Part shown: positions 55,767 to 64,000 of the stretch, one piece after another
Numbering within the stretch: the first letter of the stretch is position 1
Layout: each line of letters begins with the position of its first letter
From: Armatimonadota bacterium
Lineage (GTDB): Bacteria > Bacillota > Desulfotomaculia > Desulfotomaculales > Nap2-2B
Assembly (NCBI GenBank): GCA_023511535.1
Contig: JAIMBK010000002.1
Span: 1,900 to 65,899 of the forward strand
Direction: 5' to 3'
DNA length: 64,000 bases
The notes under the pieces: model-generated
The model's database searches: none
What the model was told of the DNA's origin: nothing
The model's input: only the letters and a program-made list of their open reading frames with translations
Position numbers and translations under genes: made by a program

Positions 55767-55978
55767 TTGGGTAATTATTCGGCCCAAAACAGAAACAGAG
55801 TCACCGGAGAAGAAGGGACACAGGAAAAGCGGCAGAGGGGAAAAGAGGGGGAACCCGGCGGAAAGGAGGTGCAAAAAGGAAGGACGCCAGAAAAATGCTA
55901 AACCGGGAACGCTCTATAAAAAACGCTCTTTAAAAATATTTAGAAAGGAGGCCGAACTGGTTTTTACAAACCAGAAAG

Positions 55979-56683
55979 ATGATGGCAAAGGCAAAAGTAA
56001 AGTGGCTTTCGCACGCCGGTTTTCAAATTACCTCGGAGGAGGGGAAAGTCATCCTGATCGACCCCTGGCTGGAGGGGAACCCGCTGGCGCCCTGCGGCGC
56101 AAAAGAGATCAAAACCGCCGACCTGGTGCTGGTCACCCACGACCACTTCGACCACGCGGGAAACGCCGCCCAAATCGCCAAAAACACCGGCGCCGTACTG
56201 GTGGGCATGCCGGAAACGGTAGAGCGTCTAAGCGCCGAGGCGGGGCTTCCCGAAGGGCAGATTGTTTTCGGGATGGGCATGAACATCGGCGGCACCTACC
56301 GGGTGGACGGGATTGCGGTGACCATGACCCAGGCCTTCCATTCCTCCCGGACGGGCGCCCCGTGCGGCTATATCATCACCCTGGAAAACGGTTTCACAAT
56401 TTACCACGCCGGGGACACGGGTATCTTTTCCGCCATGAAAATTCTGGGCGAACTCTACCCGCTGGACCTGGCCCTTTTGCCCATCGGCGGCGTCTTTACC
56501 ATGGACCCGCGGCAGGCCGCGGCGGCGGCAAAACTGCTCGGGGCGAAAAAGGTTGTTCCCATGCATTACAAAACCTTCCCGATCCTCGTCCAGGAGGCCG
56601 CCCCCTTTGTCGAGGCCGTGCAAAAAGAAGCCCCGGAAGTGGAGGTCGTCGTGCTTGCACCCGGCGAGGAACGCCTTCTCTAA
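55979..56683 (+). CDS. UPF0173-type metallo-beta-lactamase-fold hydrolase
   Basis: 'VKWLSHAGFQI...LVLVTHDHFDHAGN' H-x-H-x-D-H-like metal motif. Confidence 0.85.
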   Translation: MMAKAKVKWLSHAGFQITSEEGKVILIDPWLEGNPLAPCGAKEIKTADLVLVTHDHFDHAGNAAQIAKNTGAVLVGMPETVERLSAEAGLPEGQIVFGMGMNIGGTYRVDGIAVTMTQAFHSSRTGAPCGYIITLENGFTIYHAGDTGIFSAMKILGELYPLDLALLPIGGVFTMDPRQAAAAAKLLGAKKVVPMHYKTFPILVQEAAPFVEAVQKEAPEVEVVVLAPGEERLL

Positions 56684-56723
56684 AGCGCGGCCGGGCGGCC
56701 CTTTTTGCCGGAAAACCGTTACA

Positions 56724-56763
56724 AGCCTGCTCCTGGCTGAAAAAAGCAGGCTTTCTTTTTTTC
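56724..56763 (+). terminator. rho-independent terminator
   Basis: AGCCTGCT (56724-56731) pairs with AGCAGGCT (56745-56752), followed by TTCTTTTTTTC. Confidence 0.7.
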
Positions 56764-56858
56764 TGACATTAATTTCCTCGCCGGGGAACTTGCTCCCTGT
56801 ACATAAACAGGCACCAGTTGCAAAAAATAATCAAACAGGAATTTTCTCCTGAGAAAGG

Positions 56859-58580
56859 ATGCGGACCCGGTTGAGGTTCCCCGGCTTTTTATTCCCACGG
56901 TCAAAAAAGAGGAAAAAACTCTCGGCCGGCCGGCAGGAAGTTTCCCGGCCGGCGAAAGAGGGCGGCCCCCCGGAAATGGAAGCGGCCGGCGGCGGCGCCG
57001 GGGCTCCTTCGGCCGCCGGCGTCAGCACCTCCGTAAAAAATCCCGGGTGGAAAGAGCTCCCGTTAAGCAGCACCCTGGATGAAAATTTACAGAACTTAAA
57101 GGCCGTCTTTGCCCACTGCAGCGACATCGTCTTTCGGGAATTCAACTTCGCCCAAAACAAAAACGTCCGCCTGGCCCTCATCTACACTGACGGCCTGGTG
57201 GACAAGAGCCTGGTCAGCGACCAGATCATGAAAGCCCTGTCTTTAGAGGTGCCCCTGGTTACTTCCGGAAAAGAGATCGGGAAGGAACAGGCGCTGGAGT
57301 TTATTGTCCGGCAGGGCCTGTGCGTCCACCAGGTGGAATATGCGGACCGGCTGGAAAAAGCGGTGAACGCCGTTTTAGCGGGCGACACCGTCCTGCTGGT
57401 GGACGGGCACGCCACCGCGCTGATCAACGGCGTCCGCAGCTGGGAAGCCCGCTCCGTGGAGGACTCTTTAACCGATAAACTGGTCCGCGGCCCCCGGGAG
57501 AGCTTCGTGGAGACTCTGCGCACCAATACTTCCCTGCTCCGGCGGCGGATTAAAAATCCGGCGCTGAAAATAGAAACGATCACCGTGGGCCGGGTAACCC
57601 GGACCGAGGTGGCCGTTGCTTACGTGGAAGGGATTGTGCAGCCCGGACTGCTCGGCGAGGTCAAGGAACGCCTGCGGCGGATCGACATCGACGGCGTTTT
57701 GGAAGGCGGTCAAATTGAAGAGCTGATTGAAGACAACCCCTTAAGCCCGTTTTGCTCCATCAACCACACCGACCGGGTGGACAAGGTGGCGGCCCAACTC
57801 CTGGAAGGAAGGGTGGCCGTCATAACGGACGGCACTCCCTACGTGCTCACCGTCCCGGCCCTGTTTATAGAAATCATCCAGGACCCGGAAGATTATTACC
57901 AGCGCTACATCTTCAGTTCCCTGGTCAGAATCATCCGGTTTATTGCGGTATTTGCCGTTTTGCTTACCACCCCTCTATACGTGTCCATCATTACGTACAA
58001 CCCTGAACTGCTTCCCACCCCCTTATTGCTCAGCATCGCCGCCCAGCGGGAGGGCGTGCCTTTGCCGGCCTTCGTGGAGGTTCTGCTGATGGAATTCGTC
58101 TTTGAAGTGCTCCGGGAAGCAGGCCTGCGCATGCCCCAGCCCCTGGGGCAGGCGGTCAGCATCGTGGGCGCGCTGGTGCTGGGGGAGGCCGCCGTGCGGG
58201 GGGGGCTGGTAGGGGCGGCTACGGTGATCGTCGTCGCCCTGACCGGGGTGGCCTCGTTTTCCTTTTGTTACACGGGCAGCACCACGGTCCGGGTAATCCG
58301 CTTTCCTTTGCTCTTCATGGCCGGCTTTATGGGTCTATACGGGGTTTTAATCAGCGTGTTTACCCTGGTGGTGCACCTGGCTTCCCTGCGCTCTTTCGGC
58401 GTACCCTTTCTTTCCCCGGCAGCGCCGCTGGTTCTTTCCGACCAGAAAGATTTTCTCGTCCGCGCCCCCTGGTGGGCCATGTTCCGGCGCCCCCGCTTAA
58501 TCGCCGGTGTCAACCCGCAAAGGGAAGATCCCGGCCAAAAGCCCCGCCCGCCGGCCGGGCCCGGGAAAGCGGGGCGCTGA
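56859..58580 (+). CDS. spore germination receptor subunit A (GerA/GerK family); start uncertain
   Basis: 'LDENLQNLKAVFAHCSDIVFREF...', 'TPYVLTVPALF' and C-terminal TM helices typical of Ger(x)A. Confidence 0.85.
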   Translation: MRTRLRFPGFLFPRSKKRKKLSAGRQEVSRPAKEGGPPEMEAAGGGAGAPSAAGVSTSVKNPGWKELPLSSTLDENLQNLKAVFAHCSDIVFREFNFAQNKNVRLALIYTDGLVDKSLVSDQIMKALSLEVPLVTSGKEIGKEQALEFIVRQGLCVHQVEYADRLEKAVNAVLAGDTVLLVDGHATALINGVRSWEARSVEDSLTDKLVRGPRESFVETLRTNTSLLRRRIKNPALKIETITVGRVTRTEVAVAYVEGIVQPGLLGEVKERLRRIDIDGVLEGGQIEELIEDNPLSPFCSINHTDRVDKVAAQLLEGRVAVITDGTPYVLTVPALFIEIIQDPEDYYQRYIFSSLVRIIRFIAVFAVLLTTPLYVSIITYNPELLPTPLLLSIAAQREGVPLPAFVEVLLMEFVFEVLREAGLRMPQPLGQAVSIVGALVLGEAAVRGGLVGAATVIVVALTGVASFSFCYTGSTTVRVIRFPLLFMAGFMGLYGVLISVFTLVVHLASLRSFGVPFLSPAAPLVLSDQKDFLVRAPWWAMFRRPRLIAGVNPQREDPGQKPRPPAGPGKAGR

Positions 58581-58584
58581 AGGC

Positions 58585-59682
58585 ATGTCCCTGGAAAAAG
58601 GCAAGATCAGCAGTTTACAGGCCGTTCTCTTGCTGGCTCAGGTGGTCCTGGCCACGGCGGTGCTGACCGCCCCCAGCCTGCCCATCGCCTACGCCGGGCA
58701 GGACGCCTGGTTGTGCATTTTGCTGGCCGGTGTGGGGGGGCTTTTAATCGCCTGCCTGATGGTCAATTTAAGCCGGCGCTTTCCCGGTGAGACCCTTTTC
58801 GAATATCTCGAGGATATTTTGGGAAAAATCCCGGGAAAAATTGTTTCCTTTTTGTACCTGTGGTTTTTCCTCCACATCGTTACCGTGGTGGTCAGGGAAT
58901 TCGGCGCCTTGCTCAACCCCATTTTTTTGCCGGAGACTCCTTTGGTGGTGATCCACATCCTGGCCCTGGCCCCGGTGGCCTATATGCTCTGGCAGGGCCT
59001 GGAAGTAATGGCCCGGACGAATGAAATTTTTGCCTCATTGCTCCTTTTCGGGGTTATTCTGGTCATTCTGGCTGCCCCCCAGATAAAATTGACTAACTTT
59101 TTGCCGGTTTTGGACGCCGGGCCCGTTCCTCTGCTGAAAGGAACCCTGGCTCCCCTGGCCTGGTTCGGCGAGCTGATCACCGTCGCCGTCTTCCTGCCCT
59201 ACTTTAACCGCCCCCGGGACGGCTACCGCATCGCCGGCCTGGCGGTTTGCATGATCACCTTCATGCTCGGCCTGGCGGTTTTTCTGACCATCGCCGTCTT
59301 CGGCCCGTATGTTCCGGCCAGCTACCTTTTCCCCACTTTTAACGCCGTCCGCCTGATTCAGCTGGCCAATTTCGTAGAACGCCTGGAAATTCTGGTGGTG
59401 GTCATCTGGGTGGCCGGGGGTCTTTTAAAAATCGGCGCCTTCTACTGGATTATCGTGCTGGGCGCCGCCCAGACGCTGGGTCTGCGCACGTACCGCCCCT
59501 TAATCCTGCCGGTCGGGGTGATCATCCTGGCGCTTTCCTTTATTTTTCACCGCAACAACCTGGAGATGGTCCGCTACATCGGGTTGACCTGGCCTTTTTA
59601 CGGCCTGACCCACGAACTGCTGCTCCCGCTTCTTCTTTTCGGAACCGCCCTCCTCAGGGGAAAAAGGAGAAAAAAGAAGTGA
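58585..59682 (+). CDS. spore germination receptor subunit B (APC-type permease-like)
   Basis: 'ISSLQAVLLLAQVVLATAVLTAP' and about 10 TM segments. Start at Met27 of the ORF, just after the A-subunit stop. Confidence 0.85.
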   Translation: MSLEKGKISSLQAVLLLAQVVLATAVLTAPSLPIAYAGQDAWLCILLAGVGGLLIACLMVNLSRRFPGETLFEYLEDILGKIPGKIVSFLYLWFFLHIVTVVVREFGALLNPIFLPETPLVVIHILALAPVAYMLWQGLEVMARTNEIFASLLLFGVILVILAAPQIKLTNFLPVLDAGPVPLLKGTLAPLAWFGELITVAVFLPYFNRPRDGYRIAGLAVCMITFMLGLAVFLTIAVFGPYVPASYLFPTFNAVRLIQLANFVERLEILVVVIWVAGGLLKIGAFYWIIVLGAAQTLGLRTYRPLILPVGVIILALSFIFHRNNLEMVRYIGLTWPFYGLTHELLLPLLLFGTALLRGKRRKKK

Positions 59683-60872
59683 AAAAAATCGTCCTGCTGC
59701 TTCTCCTTTTTCTTTTTATTTTCAGCGGCGGTTGCTGGGACCGCCGGGAGCTGAACGAACACGCCATTATCCTGGGTGCCGGCGTCGACCGCCGCGCAGA
59801 CGGCGCCTGCGAGCTGACCCTGCAACTGGCCAGGCCGGGCGCCTTCGGCGGCGGCATGGAAGGGGGGGGAGCGGGAAACGTCATCCTGGGCCAGGACGTT
59901 GTCTGGGTGGTTTCCGCCGCCGGGGAGGACATCTACGACGCCCAGCGCGACCTGGCCCGGCAGGTGTCCCGCCATCTTTACTGGAGCCACAACGCCTTGC
60001 TGGTTTTCGGCGAAGGGCTGGCCCGGCAGGGAGTGCGCGAAGCGACCAATTTTTTTCACCGCCACCCCCAGTCGCGGGAAACCATGTGGGTCATGGTGGC
60101 TGAGGGCACGGCCAAAAACGTCCTGCAGAGCCACTCCGAACTGGAGAAAACCTCCGCCCAGGCCATCGGTTTTCTGGCCCGGGCGAAAGCGGGGCACGCC
60201 GTCAAATTTATCGATTTAATCAAAGACCTGGCCTCTCCGGGCGCCAACCCGGCGCTCACCCGCCTGGAACTGGTTAAACAGGGCGAACCCCAGGGACCGG
60301 GAACAGAAAAGAAATACGAACACAAAGAGGTTGTCTTTACGGGCACGGCCGTTTTCCGCGACGATAAACTGGCCGGCTGGCTGGATAAGCAGGAAACCAG
60401 GGGCCTTTTGTGGCTGCGGGGGGAAATGAAAAAAGGGGTCGTCACGGTCCCCTCGCCGGTGGAGCCGCAAAAAAAGATATCGTTCGACATCACCCGGAGC
60501 AAGACAAAAGTGGAACCTTTTTACGACGGCGGAACGATCTCTTTTCTGGTCAAGATAACTACGGAAGGCAATCTCGTGGAGCAACAGTCAAAGGAAGACC
60601 TCCTGGCGCCCGGGGTACTCCCGGAACTGGAAAAAAGGCTGGCCGAAGACATCGAAGAAAGGTGCCGGGCGGCCCTGGAAAAAGCGCAAGGCGAATACGG
60701 GACGGACGTTTTCCGCTTCGGTGAGGCCTTCCACCGGAAATACAAAAAAGAGTGGCGGGAACTCAAAAACCGGTGGGACGAAGAATTCGCCGGCGCGGAA
60801 ATTTCCGTTACCGCCCGGGTGCGCATCCGCAATACCGGCCTGCTGACCAGGCGCGCCAGCCTGAAAAGATAA
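59679..60872 (+). CDS. spore germination receptor subunit C lipoprotein (Ger(x)C)
   Basis: Lipobox 'FIFSGGCWDRRELNEHAII' and a Ger(x)C-like body. 4-nt overlap with subunit B. Confidence 0.85.
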   Translation: MKKIVLLLLLFLFIFSGGCWDRRELNEHAIILGAGVDRRADGACELTLQLARPGAFGGGMEGGGAGNVILGQDVVWVVSAAGEDIYDAQRDLARQVSRHLYWSHNALLVFGEGLARQGVREATNFFHRHPQSRETMWVMVAEGTAKNVLQSHSELEKTSAQAIGFLARAKAGHAVKFIDLIKDLASPGANPALTRLELVKQGEPQGPGTEKKYEHKEVVFTGTAVFRDDKLAGWLDKQETRGLLWLRGEMKKGVVTVPSPVEPQKKISFDITRSKTKVEPFYDGGTISFLVKITTEGNLVEQQSKEDLLAPGVLPELEKRLAEDIEERCRAALEKAQGEYGTDVFRFGEAFHRKYKKEWRELKNRWDEEFAGAEISVTARVRIRNTGLLTRRASLKR

Positions 60873-60941
60873 TGGCAAGTTCCCCGTGAAAACGTTCGTT
60901 CTCTCCATTAATCATATTTTCTGAGGGAGTGCTTTCAAGAA

Positions 60942-61163
60942 GTGATTGTGCTGGCCTTTCTCGCTTTTCTCTTCATCATGGCCATCGAAGTGCCCGGCCT
61001 GGTGAAAAAAAAGATGTGGCGGGAGTTAATCGCCTTCGCTGTCTTTTTGTGGATCGGCATGTCCTTAAGCATCCTCCAAATCCTGGGCGTTGAACCGCCC
61101 AGTCCAATAAAATTCATCGAAGCTTTATATAAGCCCCTTGCCGAATGGTTGAAGGCGCCGTAA
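60942..61163 (+). CDS. hypothetical small membrane protein (73 aa)
   Basis: Two clear hydrophobic helices. No family recognised. Confidence 0.4.
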   Translation: MIVLAFLAFLFIMAIEVPGLVKKKMWRELIAFAVFLWIGMSLSILQILGVEPPSPIKFIEALYKPLAEWLKAP

Positions 61164-61319
61164 CCGGGTCATCAACGCCCCGGCGTGGTCTTTTTTGCCA
61201 CCGCAAGGCATATTTTACACGGCTATTTTTAAGCGATCCGAACATACTACCGGATAGACAAAGAAGTTGCTCGTGAGGGAACCCGTATTCCCACAAAGGA
61301 TAAAAATATATCCAGGAAG

Positions 61320-61347
61320 AGGATGACCCCGATTCCCAACTCCTAAT
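61320..61347 (+). repeat. degenerate heptamer array GATTCCC AACTCCT AATTCCC AATCCCT
   Basis: Read directly. G-poor tract 38-65 nt upstream of ATG 61385. Confidence 0.7.
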
Positions 61348-61384
61348 TCCCAATCCCTGTTTTTGAGGGGGGGTCTTTTCAACC

Positions 61385-61882
61385 ATGAAAATCAAGGACA
61401 GGCTTCTGCTCGGAGTCGTTGCGGGCCTGGGCGGTAATCTGGTCAAGTTAAGCATCGGCGGAATCGCCAAAAGAAAAGGCTTCGCCGAAATCAACGGCCC
61501 GGAAAAGGCGGCCGGCATGCTCATCCCGCCCCACCGGCTGGGCGACCCGCTGGGGAAGGCGGCCGGCTACCTGGCGGACAGTGTGGTGGCCAGCATAATC
61601 GGCATCCTTTTTACCTACGCGTTATCCGTTACCGGCAAGGAAAAGGCCGCCCTGAAAGGCGCCTTAATCGGCCAGGCGTCCTGGGCTGCCCTGTACGGTG
61701 CGCTGTGCACCATGGGAGCGACGCAGGCCCAACCGGTATCCCCGAAAACGGTGTTGAGCGAACTGGTGGGCCACACCGCATACGGCGCGTTAACCGCTTA
61801 CCTGATCGCCCGCCTCGGCGACCCGGACCTTTTCACCGGAAAGGTTCCCTTGAGCGCCAGTCCGGTAAGACTAACCCGGTAA
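61385..61882 (+). CDS. hypothetical membrane protein (165 aa)
   Basis: Gly/Ala-rich hydrophobic segments. No family recognised. Confidence 0.5.
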   Translation: MKIKDRLLLGVVAGLGGNLVKLSIGGIAKRKGFAEINGPEKAAGMLIPPHRLGDPLGKAAGYLADSVVASIIGILFTYALSVTGKEKAALKGALIGQASWAALYGALCTMGATQAQPVSPKTVLSELVGHTAYGALTAYLIARLGDPDLFTGKVPLSASPVRLTR

Positions 61883-62045
61883 ATGAAATCCGGCCCGCCC
61901 GGATCAAGCGGCGGCTATTCAAAAAACAGGTAATCAGGGGGGCGTTTCCCCGGCAACTCCGCAGAGGGGCAGCCGGGTTCGGGGTTAAATACCGGCAAGC
62001 GAAAGCAAAACCGGACGGGTAAATTCACCAGGGGGAAGAAACAAG

Positions 62046-62294
62046 GTGGATATAGATATTTCGTGGGAATACTGGAAAAAAATATTAAAAACGACAATCA
62101 ACGCGGCAGAGTTCGTTGGTTTGTCCGAGGACCGGATCAAAGACGCCGCCTACCGCCTGGGGGGATTTCTGGCTGGTCACGTCGAACCGGGGAACCGGGA
62201 GCAGGCACTGCTCCAGGAATTGTGGCGGGAAGCAACCGAGGAGGAGCGCCGGGCGCTGGCCTCAATGCTGGTGAAGCTGGTGGATCAAGAATGA
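62046..62294 (+). CDS. DUF3243 (YmfJ-like) small protein
   Basis: 'WEYWKKIL...AAYRLGGFLAGHVEPGNREQALLQELWREATEEERRALASMLVKLV' matches my recollection of the YmfJ/DUF3243 pattern. Confidence 0.6.
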   Translation: MDIDISWEYWKKILKTTINAAEFVGLSEDRIKDAAYRLGGFLAGHVEPGNREQALLQELWREATEEERRALASMLVKLVDQE

Positions 62295-63328
62295 AAAAAC
62301 AAGAAGCTGAAGAAAACGGGGCTGCGGAGATTCGACCCCCCGTTATTTTCCTGGGAACCAACACCTGCGCCGGCGACATGTTTTCCCTGCTCAACTCCCT
62401 CGCTCCCGGCTACCGGGAAATGCTCACCGACCTGATTGACTGCCGCTACAATTACCTGCTGATGGCGGCGGAGGGGGAAATGGCCCTTAACGCGCTGGAG
62501 GAAACCGTAAAGCAATTCTCCGGCAGATATATCCTGGTGGTCGAAGGCTCGGTCCCCACCCGCTCCAACGGCCTGTACTGCGTCATCGGTTACAAGAACG
62601 GCCGGGCGGTGACTGCCTTGCAGGCGGTGCGGGAACTGGGTCCCGGGGCCCGCTACGTGGTGGCCCTGGGCACCTGCGCGGCTTTCGGCGGGCCGTACGC
62701 AGCCGCCCCCAATCCGTCGGGATCCGTACCGGTCCAGGCCGTTCTTGACCGGCCGGTGATCAACGTACCCGGCTGCCCCGTCCACCCGGACTGGATAATG
62801 GGCACGCTGGCGCACCTGGTGCTCTATGGAGAGCCCGAACTGGACGATTTCAACCGGCCGAAGCTTTTCTACAGGGAAACCATCCACAACCTCTGCCAGC
62901 GGCGCCACTACTTCGACAGCGGCATTTTCGCCAGCAAGCCGGGCGAGCCCTGGTGCATGTATAAAATCGGGTGCAAGGGGCCGGTCACCCACGCCGACTG
63001 CCCCAACCGCCAGTGGAGCGGCGAACACCTGAGCTGGCCGGTAAAGGCCAACACCCCCTGCATCGGCTGCACCAGCCCCGAATTCCCCGAAGGCGACATG
63101 CCTTTTTTCGAGCACCTGCCCGATGTAAAACTGCCGGGCATCCGGACCACTGCCGACGGCGTGGGGAAGGCGGCCGGAATCATCACCTTCTTAAGCATCG
63201 GCGCCCACCTGGCCGGCGCCATCCTCACCGGCCGGCTGGCGCACACCTTCAAAAAAGGTTTTTCGGAAAAAGGAGCCGGGAAGATAAAAGATAGTTTACG
63301 GAAGCTGTTGAGGAAAAGCGTAAGTTAA
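62291..63328 (+). CDS. [NiFe] hydrogenase small subunit (no recognisable Tat signal; C-terminal hydrophobic helix)
   Basis: 'ILVVEGSVPT', 'GTCAAFGGP', 'NVPGCPVHPDW' and distal/medial cluster Cys motifs ('CKGPVTHADCP', 'CIGCTSPEFP'). ATG 62291 overlaps the upstream stop (ATGA). Confidence 0.85.
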   Translation: MKKQEAEENGAAEIRPPVIFLGTNTCAGDMFSLLNSLAPGYREMLTDLIDCRYNYLLMAAEGEMALNALEETVKQFSGRYILVVEGSVPTRSNGLYCVIGYKNGRAVTALQAVRELGPGARYVVALGTCAAFGGPYAAAPNPSGSVPVQAVLDRPVINVPGCPVHPDWIMGTLAHLVLYGEPELDDFNRPKLFYRETIHNLCQRRHYFDSGIFASKPGEPWCMYKIGCKGPVTHADCPNRQWSGEHLSWPVKANTPCIGCTSPEFPEGDMPFFEHLPDVKLPGIRTTADGVGKAAGIITFLSIGAHLAGAILTGRLAHTFKKGFSEKGAGKIKDSLRKLLRKSVS

Positions 63329-63436
63329 GTGCCAGGCACCTAACTTAATGGCAGAAAGCTATTTTCGAGGGAGTTGCCATGACGAACATTTGTTCTCTCC
63401 ATAAAGTAATGAAAATAATTATGTAAAAGTATTTAC

Positions 63437-63475
63437 CCCTAATTCCTAACCCCTAATTCCTAATTCCTATTTCCT
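63437..63475 (+). repeat. tandem heptamer array (CCTAATT/CCTAACC/CCTATTT) x5.5
   Basis: Read directly. Ends 4 nt before the GAGGAG / GGAGGA RBS of the hydrogenase large-subunit gene. Confidence 0.8.
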
Positions 63476-63497
63476 GAGGAGTTGGAGGACAGCCGGC

Positions 63498-64000
63498 TTG
63501 CCAAAGATCATGATCGGTCCGGTCCCCCGGGCGAACAACGTGGTCGCCCTGGAGGTTACCATTGAAAACAAAAAAGTGGTCGACGCCCGCTGCACGGGGG
63601 TTTTTTTCCGCGGTTTCGAGCTGATCCTGCGGGGCCGGGACCCCCGGGACGCTCCTTACCTCACCCTGCGGATCTGCGGCATCTGCTCCTCGGTGCACGG
63701 CACAGCGGCCGCGCTGGCTTTAGAAGACGCCGCCGGCGTGCGCCCCCCGAAAAACGGCAACCTGCTGCGCAACCTGATTCACGCTGCCGATACGCTCCAG
63801 AATCACATCCGCCACTTTTACCTGTTCAGCCTGCCGGATTACGTCAAGGGCCCGGATCTCGGCCCCTTCCGGCCCGCCTACACAACCGGCTGCCGCCTCC
63901 CGCCCAAGGACAACGACGCCCTGGTCCAGCACTACTTTCAAGCCCTGGAAATCAGCCGGCTGTGCCACGAACTGGTCGTCCTGCTGGGCGGCAAGGTTCC
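63498..64000 (+). CDS. [NiFe] hydrogenase large subunit, N-terminal part (runs off window end)
   Basis: Own translation: '(L)PKIMIGPVPRANNVVALEVTIENKKVVDARCTGVFFRGFELILRGRDPRDAPYLTLRICGICSSVHG' contains the R-x-C-G-x-C-x3-H Ni-binding L1 motif. Start is TTG 63498 or ATG 63510. Confidence 0.85.
   Translation, partial: MPKIMIGPVPRANNVVALEVTIENKKVVDARCTGVFFRGFELILRGRDPRDAPYLTLRICGICSSVHGTAAALALEDAAGVRPPKNGNLLRNLIHAADTLQNHIRHFYLFSLPDYVKGPDLGPFRPAYTTGCRLPPKDNDALVQHYFQALEISRLCHELVVLLGGKV

Noticed and set aside
55671-55874. 67-aa minus-strand ORF in the thioesterase/MBL divergent spacer
   Set aside because: Phe/Leu/Pro/Ser low-complexity product generated by a pyrimidine-rich tract. No RBS.
62285-63115. 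276-aa minus-strand ORF opposite the hydrogenase small-subunit gene
   Set aside because: Mirror-frame artefact. The plus-strand frame carries all Fe-S cluster motifs.
1-64000. Search by eye for tRNA, rRNA, tmRNA, IS elements, integrases/recombinases and prophage structural genes
   Set aside because: None recognised. The accessory blocks therefore lack obvious mobility genes. tRNAscan/Infernal/ISfinder runs would be required to exclude small or degenerate ones.

Overview
High-GC (about 60% by eye) chromosomal segment from a spore-forming anaerobic Firmicute. A Peptococcaceae/Desulfotomaculum-like thermophile is my guess only, based on spoVF/ger genes, CODH, NiFe hydrogenase and GC content. 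The minus-strand backbone is the conserved Bacillus-type gene string rimP-nusA-ylxR-infB-rbfA-nrnA-truB-ribF-rpsO-pnp-mlpA ... ymxH ... dapB-dpaA-dpaB-asd-dapG-dapA. Accessory blocks interrupt this string. (1) About 13 kb sits between mlpA and ymxH. It holds a 2-hydroxyacid oxidase cluster, a PIN/Phd toxin-antitoxin pair, and a translationally coupled four-gene operon at 17811-25291: a type IIG-like nuclease/N6-methylase fusion, a NurA-like nuclease, a HerA-like ATPase and a second methylase. I consider this operon the best candidate for an undescribed restriction-plus-resection defence system. (2) A cooS-cooF-FAD oxidoreductase module and two DUF4258-type TA-like cassettes lie inside the ribF-rpsO-truB region. 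(3) A lower-GC island at about 43.0-48.8 kb carries an XRE regulator, gene fragments, a DUF1156 zinc-ribbon methylase paired with a small PD-(D/E)xK protein, an MNT/HEPN pair, arsC and a RelE-like relic. The rest of the window holds a tandem PAC2 pair, an acyl-lipid cluster, a gerA-type germinant receptor operon and the start of a NiFe hydrogenase. Intergenic regions contain three families of short tandem 7-8 nt repeats (GGTTGGT/ACCAACC hairpins, TTTGTGCC arrays, CCTAATT arrays) that no feature class explains. I recognised no rRNA, tRNA, CRISPR array, transposase or integrase. All functional calls come from motif recognition by eye in the supplied translations. No database search was run.
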